DNA of 32,000 nt from Fastidiosibacter lacustris (lineage in GTDB: Bacteria; Pseudomonadota; Gammaproteobacteria; Francisellales; Francisellaceae): the NCBI RefSeq assembly GCF_003428155.1, contig NZ_QLIR01000001.1:180001-212000 (forward strand), written 5' to 3'. Numbering within the stretch: position 1 is the stretch's first letter; each line of letters opens with the position of its first letter. Below the pieces are notes generated by a model, which ran no database searches, had not been told where the DNA came from, and saw nothing but the letters and a program-made list of their open reading frames with translations. The translations under genes and the position numbers were made by a program. Below, piece after piece: positions 17,153-26,180 of the stretch.

Positions 17153-18955
17153 ATGGTAAATGAGTTTCTAAAAATGACTGTTGTGCAAAGTGAGTTACCT
17201 GTAGATGTATTGATACTTGAAGACTATTTAACTACTCTTTTTTCTCAGGCATTTGAGAAGTTAAGCTTAGAACCAAAACTAGCTAAGGTCCAAATGTCAG
17301 CACGCCCTGAATTGGGTCAGTTTCAATGTAATGGTGCAATGCCTTTGGCAAAGCAACTAAAAAAATCACCTATCCAAATTGCCAATGATATTATTAATCA
17401 GGTTAAAGACAACCTCATCTTCAAGGATGTTACTGGAGTTATGCCAGGATTTATCAATATTACTTTAAATGACAATTTTTTGGCAGATTGGATGAATCAA
17501 ATGTTAGCTAACTCACGTTTAGGTTGTCCTAAAACAGAAACTCCACAAAAAGTAATGATGGATTTTGGTGGTCCTAACGTTGCTAAGCCACTGCACATAG
17601 GACATATTCGTTCACCATTAATTGGCGATTGTTTACAACGTGTTTATCGCTTTTATGGAGATGAAGTGTTAAGTGATGTGCACCTAGGTGATTGGGGGAC
17701 ACAGATGGGGATGCTGATTGAAGAAATTCGTAAAATGTATCCTGATTTGCCTTACTTTGATGAAAACTTTACAGGTACGTATCCTATAGAACCCCCTGTT
17801 ACTGTAGATGAGTTATCTGAAATTTATCCACGTTCTTCAGTTCGTTGTAAAGAAAATGAAAACGAGATGGAAAAGGCGCGCCTTGCTACAGCAGAGCTCC
17901 AAAAAGGCAGACGTGGCTATCGTGCACTATGGCAGCATTTTGTTAATGTATCTATTGCAGAGCTTAAAAAAGACTATGCGGATTTAGATATTTATTTTGA
18001 TCTTTGGAAAGGTGAAAGTGATGTGCAGGCACTTATCGATGATATGGTGAAAAATTGCTTGGATAACGGCGTTGCTAAAGAGAGTCAAGGTGCAATTATT
18101 ATTCCAGTTGCTGAAGACGATAAAACTCCACCTTTGATTTTAGTTAAATCTGATGGTGCAGTTATGTATGGTACAACCGATTTAGCAACGATTTTAGAGC
18201 GTGTCCAAGACTATCAAGCACAAAAAATCATTTACGTGGTGGACAAGCGTCAGAGCCTGCATTTTAAACAAGTCTTTACTGCGGCTAAAAAAGCTGGTAT
18301 TGCGCCAAATACAGAGCTTATTCACATTGGTTTTGGTACCTTAAATGGCAAAGACGGAAAACCGTTTAAAACCCGTTCAGGAGGAGTAATGCGTTTAAGC
18401 ACATTAATTGACGAAGCAAAAACACGGGCTAGTTTACGTGAGCAAGAAGGGCTAAGTAGAAATGAAAAAGAGGATATTATTAATAAAGTAGCATTAGCAA
18501 CGGTAAAGTTTGCTGATCTTTCTAATGTTTACACCTCTGACTACATTTTTGATTTAGACAAATTTTCGCAGTATGAAGGTAAAACAGGACCTTATTTATT
18601 GTATTCTGCCGTACGAATTAAATCGATCTTGAGAAAGTTAAACTACTCAGTTAGTGGTACATTACAATATAAAATAAGTAAAGCTACAAATGACGCTGAG
18701 CGTAATCTGCAACTTACTTTAACGCAATTACCATTAGCATTACAAAGAACCTATGATAAATGTGAGCCACATCATTTGTGTGAATATGCTTATCAAGTGG
18801 CTGTACAGTTTAATAAGTTTTATTCAGAGTCTCCGATTGCAACTGAAGAAAATGAGACGACTCAAAAATCAAGAATTGCACTTTGTCAATTAACACTCAA
18901 ACAATTGATTTTAGTATTAGAGTTACTTGGTATTGAAATTCCTGAGAGAATGTAG
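17153..18955 (+). CDS. argS: arginine--tRNA ligase
   Basis: It has the HIGH motif (PLHIGHIRS), PGFINITLND in the N-terminal Arg_tRNA_synt_N domain, and a C-terminal DALR anticodon-binding region. An alternative start is at 17174 (MTVVQ...). Confidence 0.95.
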   Translation: MVNEFLKMTVVQSELPVDVLILEDYLTTLFSQAFEKLSLEPKLAKVQMSARPELGQFQCNGAMPLAKQLKKSPIQIANDIINQVKDNLIFKDVTGVMPGFINITLNDNFLADWMNQMLANSRLGCPKTETPQKVMMDFGGPNVAKPLHIGHIRSPLIGDCLQRVYRFYGDEVLSDVHLGDWGTQMGMLIEEIRKMYPDLPYFDENFTGTYPIEPPVTVDELSEIYPRSSVRCKENENEMEKARLATAELQKGRRGYRALWQHFVNVSIAELKKDYADLDIYFDLWKGESDVQALIDDMVKNCLDNGVAKESQGAIIIPVAEDDKTPPLILVKSDGAVMYGTTDLATILERVQDYQAQKIIYVVDKRQSLHFKQVFTAAKKAGIAPNTELIHIGFGTLNGKDGKPFKTRSGGVMRLSTLIDEAKTRASLREQEGLSRNEKEDIINKVALATVKFADLSNVYTSDYIFDLDKFSQYEGKTGPYLLYSAVRIKSILRKLNYSVSGTLQYKISKATNDAERNLQLTLTQLPLALQRTYDKCEPHHLCEYAYQVAVQFNKFYSESPIATEENETTQKSRIALCQLTLKQLILVLELLGIEIPERM

Positions 18956-19012
18956 GAATCAATCGCAAAATCATTCTCTTATTAATGCGTAACTCTTACT
19001 TGACTAGTCGTA

Positions 19013-19768
19013 CTAGTGCAAGGGGGTTAACGTTCGATAAATGCTGAAAATAAAATACACAAGAATATAACTTACAATCGTCCACGTTAAGAAAGCATGG
19101 GATACAGGCCACAAAAAAGCTGAGGCAATGGTGGCGCCCCCCCAAATCAAGGTATAAATAAACATAAGCGTAATAATGAACTTATGTCGACTTAAATAGT
19201 TCATTCGAGATGGATAAATATACTTAATTGGAATAAAGGTTAGAATGGTTAAGGCTATGATGATAATAAAGTTAGTTGTCACAGAAAATTGAAAGTAAAT
19301 CAAATAATAAATAGCAAGGTTCCAATAACTTGGAAAGCCTTTAAAAAAATGATCTTTAGTTTTGGCATCTAATTGACAAAATTGGTAGCATGAAGCAAGT
19401 ATGATCAAGGTTAACGAAATAATTTTTAGGTTATCAGGGATGACATCAGTAATAAACACCCAAACCGATGGGATAACTGCATAATTAGTAAAATCAATAA
19501 TGTTATCCATGAGGCTACCATCAAGTGGAGCAAGTTTCTTAATATCTATTTGTCGAGCTAATGTCCCATCTACAGCATCAACGATGATAGCAATGACGAC
19601 ATAAGCAAAGGAAAGTTTTAAATGAAAAATGAAGTCTGTATGATTGTGTGCAAGTTTAGCAGCATAGGCTTCTGCAGAAGCGGTTAAAGCTAAAACGGAA
19701 AAAACAGCACCACTGGCCGTAAATAAATGAACAAGCCAACCGTAAAGACGCTGAAAAGAAGTAAGCAT
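19013..19768 (-). CDS. pcs: phosphatidylcholine synthase (CDP-alcohol phosphatidyltransferase family)
   Basis: DAVDGTLARQIDIKKLAPLDGSLMDNIIDFTNY matches the Pcs variant of the DGxxAR...GxxxDxxxD motif. The N-terminus RLYGWLVHLFTASGAVFSVLAL is like rhizobial and Legionella Pcs. It has multiple TM segments. ATG 19768 is preferred over the extended ORF-track start at 19819. Confidence 0.85.
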   Translation of the reverse strand: MLTSFQRLYGWLVHLFTASGAVFSVLALTASAEAYAAKLAHNHTDFIFHLKLSFAYVVIAIIVDAVDGTLARQIDIKKLAPLDGSLMDNIIDFTNYAVIPSVWVFITDVIPDNLKIISLTLIILASCYQFCQLDAKTKDHFFKGFPSYWNLAIYYLIYFQFSVTTNFIIIIALTILTFIPIKYIYPSRMNYLSRHKFIITLMFIYTLIWGGATIASAFLWPVSHAFLTWTIVSYILVYFIFSIYRTLTPLH

Positions 19769-19855
19769 TGAATAATACCACATACCTTCAATAATTATAA
19801 ACTTGGCATAGGTTAGCAAAAAAAACTAAAGAGAGAAAGTGCAATAGATGGGCTT

Positions 19856-20221
19856 TTAGTTGCGGTTATAAATATCATCTAGACGGATGATATCATCTTC
19901 GCCTAAATAACTTCCTATTTGGACTTCAATAATGGCGATAGTTTCATCGGTTTTATTATGCAGTCTATGCACGGCTTGTGTAGGAATATAAACGTGTGTA
20001 TTAACTTGATAATCTTTTGTTGAATTATCAATAGTGATCGTTGCCGTACCTTGAATAACAATCCAGTGTTCAGCACGTTTAGAGTGCTTTTGTAGCGATA
20101 AGCAACCACCTGGATTAACCGTAATTAATTTTGCCTGAAAGCCGTTACCTTGCTCTATGGTTTTATAGCTACCCCAAGGTCTATAGTAGGTTTGTCCTGT
20201 TTTATTTAGATTTATGCTCAT
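19856..20221 (-). CDS. stand-alone cupin, type II phosphomannose isomerase (ManC/AlgA C-terminal domain)-like
   Basis: RPWGSYKTI...LSLQKHSKRAEHWIVIQGTA...YIPTQAVHRLHN...IEVQIGSYLGEDDIIRLDDIY matches the PMI cupin consensus almost motif for motif. 121 aa. Confidence 0.85.
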   Translation of the reverse strand: MSINLNKTGQTYYRPWGSYKTIEQGNGFQAKLITVNPGGCLSLQKHSKRAEHWIVIQGTATITIDNSTKDYQVNTHVYIPTQAVHRLHNKTDETIAIIEVQIGSYLGEDDIIRLDDIYNRN

Positions 20222-20345
20222 TAATGAAAATACTCTTTTATCTAACCTGTTTATTTAGAGATTGAAATTATAGCGCTAAGCTCCTGTGTTTTATAGAGTT
20301 TATAACTCAAAGTTTTTTTAATAGTGAGATTAGATGCTGTTGATT

Positions 20346-21158
20346 TTACAACAGCGCTATCCATAGCATTTTAATAGATACAATTAGAAGTATTGCAAGA
20401 AAAGTGATTTTAAGCGTTTTAGAGGATGTTTTACTTGAAAACTTTGCGCCAAGTTTTGAGAAAATCATACTTGTAGGGGCAACACATATAATCGCGGGTA
20501 AATATAAGTAACCCAGACTCCAGGGAGTATCTAAATTTTCGGTATAGCCCGTAACGATAAAACTAACACTGCCTATAATTGCAATAACCAATGTAAATAA
20601 GCTAGAAGTGCCAATTGCTATGCGTATTGAGTAACCAAGAGAGTGAATATAAGGAATAGTAACAATACCTCCACCTATGCCAAAAAATCCTGATTTAATA
20701 CCTACCAAACTACCCCAAAATGCACTTTTGAGCTTACCGTTACGCTTTGGTGTTTCATTAACTTTATGGGATTGCAAAAGCATCTGAAAGAACATAAATA
20801 GCATTAAGCACGCAAATAAAATACTGAGGGTTTTAGGGTTAAGAAATCGTGCGATGATTGCCCCTAATACATTCATACTAATAATCCAAGGAACAAGCAT
20901 TTTCACAATAGTTAGATTTACTTCTCGTACACGTAATTTGTGGGGTATGGACGAAAACGTAGTAAATATCATAATTCCAAGCGATGTGCCTGCCGCAAAT
21001 TGCATGTATGAGTCTGCCGTTTGTGGTAATTGGTGAAAAACAAATGCCAATACCGGTACGATAATAATGCCACCACCAATACCAAGAAGACCTGCCAAAA
21101 ATCCTGTTAAACAACCAGATAATATAAGAAGTAAAAAAAGATAAAGCATGATATTCAT
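20346..21158 (-). CDS. TauE/SafE family sulfite/anion exporter-like membrane protein
   Basis: 270 aa with about 8 TM segments. It has the duplicated GIGGG(I/V)xxVP motif (GLLGIGGGIIIVPVL and GFFGIGGGIVTIPY). Confidence 0.85.
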   Translation of the reverse strand: MNIMLYLFLLLILSGCLTGFLAGLLGIGGGIIIVPVLAFVFHQLPQTADSYMQFAAGTSLGIMIFTTFSSIPHKLRVREVNLTIVKMLVPWIISMNVLGAIIARFLNPKTLSILFACLMLFMFFQMLLQSHKVNETPKRNGKLKSAFWGSLVGIKSGFFGIGGGIVTIPYIHSLGYSIRIAIGTSSLFTLVIAIIGSVSFIVTGYTENLDTPWSLGYLYLPAIICVAPTSMIFSKLGAKFSSKTSSKTLKITFLAILLIVSIKMLWIALL

Positions 21159-21249
21159 ATAATCAGTTAAATGGGTTGAATAATTATAATGAATGAAAGA
21201 AAATAACCCAGTTAATTATGTTTAAATCAAGTCTAAAAAAGGAAATACT

Positions 21250-21777
21250 ATGCTTGCAAATATAAAAGTTGGCAAAGACGCACCAAACGACATCAACGTT
21301 GTGATTGAAATTCCTGCTTATAACGAGCCAGTAAAATATGAGTTTGACAAAGATGCAAATATGCTGATTGTAGATCGTTTTATGTCAACGACTATGCAAT
21401 ATCCTTGTAATTATGGTTTTGTCCCAAATACTCTATCTGAAGATGGTGATCCTGTAGATGTACTTGTTGTAGCACCTGTGGCACTAAGACCAGGTGTCAT
21501 TATTAATTGTCGTCCTGTTGGAGTATTAAAAATGGCAGATGAATCAGGTGTTGATGCTAAAATCATTGCTGTTCCCAGCAGCAAGCTTACTAAGATTTAT
21601 GATGATGTAAGAGAAGTAACGGATTTATCCAAGCTATTATTGGATCAAATTAAGCACTTTTTTGAGCATTATAAAGACCTAGAGCCTAACAAATGGGTAA
21701 AAGTCGATGGCTTTGAAGGTGTTGATTCTGCAAAGGCAGATATTAAAGCTAGTATTAAACGTTATAAAAAAGATTAG
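21250..21777 (+). CDS. ppa: inorganic pyrophosphatase (family I)
   Basis: 175 aa. It has VVIEIP...[27 protein letters not shown] and the DxKIIAVP motif. AAGGAA Shine-Dalgarno is present. Confidence 0.96.
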   Translation: MLANIKVGKDAPNDINVVIEIPAYNEPVKYEFDKDANMLIVDRFMSTTMQYPCNYGFVPNTLSEDGDPVDVLVVAPVALRPGVIINCRPVGVLKMADESGVDAKIIAVPSSKLTKIYDDVREVTDLSKLLLDQIKHFFEHYKDLEPNKWVKVDGFEGVDSAKADIKASIKRYKKD

Positions 21778-21890
21778 CTAGTTGCTATGATCAATATTTA
21801 CACCGTCTTCTGTTATAAGTTCTCATGCCTATAGTTCAGTTAATACAATAGATAGAATCATAAAGCCTGCATGATAGTTTCTTTTTAGTA

Positions 21891-22100
21891 TCAACGACCA
21901 CAATTGGCAATTTGGAAAATACACCATTGACATCCCCCTCCTTTAGGAAGAGAGGATAGGATGTCAAATACGTTTATGCAGCTTTCAGAGGCAACTAAAT
22001 AGAATATTCTCAACCGATGTTTCTTTCTTCTATTAACCCTTAGGTCGAGGATAGCTTCAAGGTGTTGAAAAATTAATGAAGTTAGCAGAGGTTTTGTCAT
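21891..22100 (-). mobile_element. possible degraded IS5-family (DUF4096-type N-terminus) transposase relic
   Basis: The 69-aa ORF MTKPLLTSLIFQHLEAIL...RRKKHR...IFYLV...LPKGGGCQW loosely follows the M.KPLLTDEQWE.IEPLL...GRPR...ILYVLRTGC.WR.LP..FG.W pattern. No catalytic domain follows. The assignment is tentative. Confidence 0.35.
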
Positions 22101-22163
22101 TGGCTTACTCTATTCACATGGATTTTCACACAGGATAAATAAATCAATAACTTTTAAATGTGA

Positions 22164-23099
22164 TTACCTTGACTCATTGGTCTGCTTTTCAATGTTCACA
22201 TACTTCTGTATATACTCGCGCATTGTAGTAGGTTTTATTGATGGGTAGCGATCATTCATCAGTAAATCGAGCTTAGCTTCACCATTTAAAAGGGAGCGAT
22301 AATACATCAGCGGTAAGAAGGAGAGAAAATTTTGCTGACCTCCTTTTAGCAATTCCTCAATACGTAAGTCCAAGTCTGCCATTGACCCCAGTTGTACAAT
22401 TTTTAGCTTGTCGCCTGATGCTTCTTCATACAACTTGACAATTTCATGGAAATTAAGAACATTGCCTGCTACCTTGAAGGCGCGTGGTACAGGGCGCTCA
22501 TCAATAGCAACCTCCGCCGTGTACTGTGCCGCATCGACATAGGTCGTCCAATCCATATTTTGCTTACCATCGCCCCAAACATAAGCCACGCTTTCTTTCA
22601 CGTCGATGAGGCGAAGGAAATCAAACATTATGCCGCTATCTAGAAACCCACCATTCAATATATGTACTACCTCTATATTACCACGTTCCTTATCCGCTAT
22701 GTCTGAGAATGTAAGACGCCAATCTGAAGTAATAATATGACCAGGTGTAACCTTGAAAAGATTCAGTGAAAAATCCGATGGAATAAAACGCTTGACTCCT
22801 GCTTTCCGCGCGGCAATCAGTAATTGTTTTTGACCATCGATAATAATGTCTGGTCCACCCTGAACTGCGGAAATGACGGTCATTGCTCCTTGGCAAAGAG
22901 AAGCCAGCGCATCCTCATTACCCACTCCAATTTCACCTTCAATTATCTGTGCGCCACGTTCTTCAAGCGCTTTTACTTTCTGGCGACTGTCTGGACGTAC
23001 AAGTAGACGAAGTTGCACATTGGGATTACCAAGCAATGACTCTGCAATGAGTTTTCCAACATGGCCTGTTCCACCAACTAATGCAATGACTTTTTTCAT
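22164..23099 (-). CDS. NmrA-family / isoflavone-reductase-like atypical SDR, NAD(P)-binding
   Basis: ATG 23099 has GGAG 7 nt upstream. MKKVIALVGGTGHVGKLI is a Rossmann motif. The 311-aa product has PCBER/NmrA-like architecture (RFIPSDF, WTTYVD). The ORF-track start at 23180 adds 27 unlikely residues. It is visibly richer in G+C than its neighbours. Confidence 0.85.
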   Translation of the reverse strand: MKKVIALVGGTGHVGKLIAESLLGNPNVQLRLLVRPDSRQKVKALEERGAQIIEGEIGVGNEDALASLCQGAMTVISAVQGGPDIIIDGQKQLLIAARKAGVKRFIPSDFSLNLFKVTPGHIITSDWRLTFSDIADKERGNIEVVHILNGGFLDSGIMFDFLRLIDVKESVAYVWGDGKQNMDWTTYVDAAQYTAEVAIDERPVPRAFKVAGNVLNFHEIVKLYEEASGDKLKIVQLGSMADLDLRIEELLKGGQQNFLSFLPLMYYRSLLNGEAKLDLLMNDRYPSIKPTTMREYIQKYVNIEKQTNESR

Positions 23100-23209
23100 G
23101 AGTTTTCTCCAATTATTTGAGCTAAAAATATGTAGAGAATATATATGTGTTGTGGACTGAACGTATTTAATTCCTTCCATTTATAATATATATTATTCTC
23201 CACCCTTTC

Positions 23210-23239
23210 TTTTACTTTCTTTCTAGAAAGAAAGTAAAA
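23210..23239. promoter_or_regulatory. 30-bp perfect palindrome, candidate TetR operator
   Basis: TTTTACTTTCTTTCTAGAAAGAAAGTAAAA is exactly self-complementary. It lies between the TetR stop (23328) and the NmrA-like start (23099), immediately downstream of and overlapping the predicted -10 element. Confidence 0.6.
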
Positions 23240-23266
23240 TTTAACAAACTATTTATTAATTGTCAA
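23238..23266 (-). promoter_or_regulatory. candidate sigma70 promoter of the NmrA-like gene
   Basis: The minus strand reads TTGACA (23266-23261), a 17-nt spacer, then TAAATT (23243-23238). This is a consensus -35 with optimal spacing. Confidence 0.45.
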
Positions 23267-23327
23267 ATCACAATTTTGTCTTATGTAAAAATGGTGTACG
23301 TTTATCTGTACTAAGGTCAAATATTTC

Positions 23328-23918
23328 TCATTTCCTAATACCATTCCATAGAAGAGCAATAAAAAGCTCGATATATTCGTCATTGATATCATTCGATTTT
23401 TCTGTATCACAAAAATATTTTGTAAAGGCTCGATTATGCAATGCGCCAAGAATAGTTATTGATAGTGTATCAATATCGCATTCAGTTATAAGACCGCGGA
23501 TTTGAGCGCGTTTTAGCCAGCTAGCTAGCGTGCGAAATGCCTTTATTGGCTGAGATTCTCCTTTTTGCCGTGCAAAAATTTTTTTTGTTGAAATACCAGC
23601 TGATTCCAATACGGAAAAACCCCTTACCATATCCTGAAAGTAGTGTGATATAACCTTGCAATGTTCAACGAGTTGCTCTTGAATCGGACGCTCATCCGGT
23701 CCAGTTTCAAGTATATCAAGCCACGATATATTTTCTTCTGGTCCAAGGGCGGCTATCATCAGTGCTTCTTTCGAACCAAATCGATTAAAGATAGTGGTGT
23801 GGCTAATGCCAAGTTTATCCGCGATATTCATGGCTGGTATGTTTGCACCGCATTCTAGAAAGCAACGCCTAGCTGTGGTAATAATCTGTTCATTCGTAAC
23901 TTTTATTGGTCTTGACAT
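23328..23918 (-). CDS. TetR/AcrR-family transcriptional regulator
   Basis: From ATG 23918, MSRPIKVTNEQIITTARRCFLECGANIPAMNIADKLGISHTTIFNRFGSKEAL is a canonical TetR N-terminal HTH. 196 aa. The ORF-track start at 23978 is over-extended. Confidence 0.88.
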   Translation of the reverse strand: MSRPIKVTNEQIITTARRCFLECGANIPAMNIADKLGISHTTIFNRFGSKEALMIAALGPEENISWLDILETGPDERPIQEQLVEHCKVISHYFQDMVRGFSVLESAGISTKKIFARQKGESQPIKAFRTLASWLKRAQIRGLITECDIDTLSITILGALHNRAFTKYFCDTEKSNDINDEYIELFIALLWNGIRK

Positions 23919-24017
23919 AAATAACTCTTTAACTATTAATTGACAACCCCTAGTTTGAAAGTTTCGGGACAATTTCAAAGTTGTTTTTAACGCATTCGTA
24001 TAAGAAATTCAAAACGT

Positions 24018-24493
24018 TTAAAGATAACCCGATAATATAGACTCATCCAGTACGCCTGGCTTCTTCACGCATAAATAAAGGCTGCCAATTGTTTTTTTGT
24101 CAATCCACAGTCTTCATTAACCGCTTTGAGCTCTAATTGATTCAAACGCTTTTTCAGCAACCAGATACAGCGCCCCTTTTCCAGCAATACAAATACCCCT
24201 TACTTTTTGAGCTCATTACTGACTCTTCGCTGACCATAGGTGAGATAATCTATCGCATAAGCAACCACCGCTTTCTCAACGGACTCTTCTACCTGTTTTT
24301 TGATGTTGGGCTGACGTCTATTTTTATCCAATAGCGCCTCAACATGACCTTCTGCGACGGTGGATTGATAATGATAAAATGTATCTCTAGACAACCTCAT
24401 TACCTTACATGCCTCGGAGAGATTTCCAATCTCCTCTTTTAAGTTTAATAACCCTAACTTATTTTTTATAACACGTTGATTTATAGTATTCAT
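24018..24493 (-). mobile_element. degraded IS481-family-like transposase gene: N-terminal HTH part only, with an in-frame stop and frameshifts and no DDE/rve domain
   Basis: The 97-aa ORF NKLGLLNLKEEIGNLSEACKVMRLSRDTFYHYQ...ALLDKNRRQPNIKKQV...YGQRRVSNELKK stops at a TAA. Homology then continues through GVFV...CIWLLKKRLNQLELKAVNEDCGLTKKQLAAF, with further stops and shifts, and ends near 24018. This matches the N-terminal third of a roughly 500-aa HTH+rve transposase family as I recall it. Confidence 0.75.
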
Positions 24494-24594
24494 GTGAAGT
24501 TGCCTCTTGTTTTTTATATTTGTTTTAACGTTTGAGATCTAAATGGGTAACCTTCTCTTTATATAAGAGTTTTGTCAGATCTTATTATGACTGA

Positions 24595-24822
24595 TACACA
24601 ATTGTCTACATTAGTTTATATGTTACAACAAAAGCAATAGCTAAGGCTGCCAAAAAATTAAACAACGAGACATTAAATGTATTAATCTATTATCTATTTG
24701 GCGCAATCATAGGGGCTATGGCGCAGTTTGAACAATGCAGGATAGAAAACTCAGGAGATCTTCGTGCTGTAGAATTGTATGGGGAGAGCTTTGCTGTATT
24801 TATGTTAAACCATATCAATTAA
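24595..24822 (+). pseudogene. possible 3' remnant of an unidentified gene truncated next to the IS relic
   Basis: This is a 75-codon open stretch with no start codon, beginning right after an in-frame TGA. The translation ...TKAIAKAAKKLNNETLNVLIYYLFGAIIGAMAQFEQCRIENSGDLRAVELYGESFAVFMLNHIN* looks protein-like. Identity is unknown. Confidence 0.2.
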
Positions 24823-25096
24823 AAAGTCCTCTTTGAGAAATAATCGTGTAAGCTGAGAATTTTGTTTTTTTCTAAAAACTCTGAAAGCTAAGATGCCAGA
24901 TGCATGACTGTGATGATATTTTTTAATAGTTTAAATGTTAGCTTTCTAAAAATTAAGAAGGATAATTTATGAATATCTGGATAAAAGTCCTTGCCTCAAT
25001 TAACGTGTCGAGTCCAGCTATGGCATTAACTCCTATAAGTAAAACTTTTTTATTCTGCTTCAACTTCATTTGACAATTAAGACAAGCAAAGTATAG

Positions 25097-26095
<999 letters not shown>

Positions 26096-26180
26096 GCTTC
26101 GAAAAAAAACTATTTTATTCATAACGGATACTGACGTTAACATTTATATGAGTCATTTAAGCGATGTAGCACTAGTCGTA

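Noticed and set aside
18999-19023. A hairpin-like CTTGACTAGT-CGT-ACTAGTGCAAG at the argS/pcs convergent junction. Its core decamer ACTAGTCGTA also appears at the mutS 3' end (about 26172-26181).
   Set aside because: The stem has a bulge, overlaps the pcs stop codon, and has no U-tract on either strand. A shared 10-mer is expected many times by chance in 32 kb. There is not enough support for a terminator or a repeat family.
24969-25073. A 34-aa ORF (MNIWIKVLASINVSSPAMALTPISKTFLFCFNFI) with GAAGGA upstream, in the decayed region before mdh.
   Set aside because: It is too short, has no recognisable motif, and lies in a region full of gene debris. I cannot distinguish it from chance.
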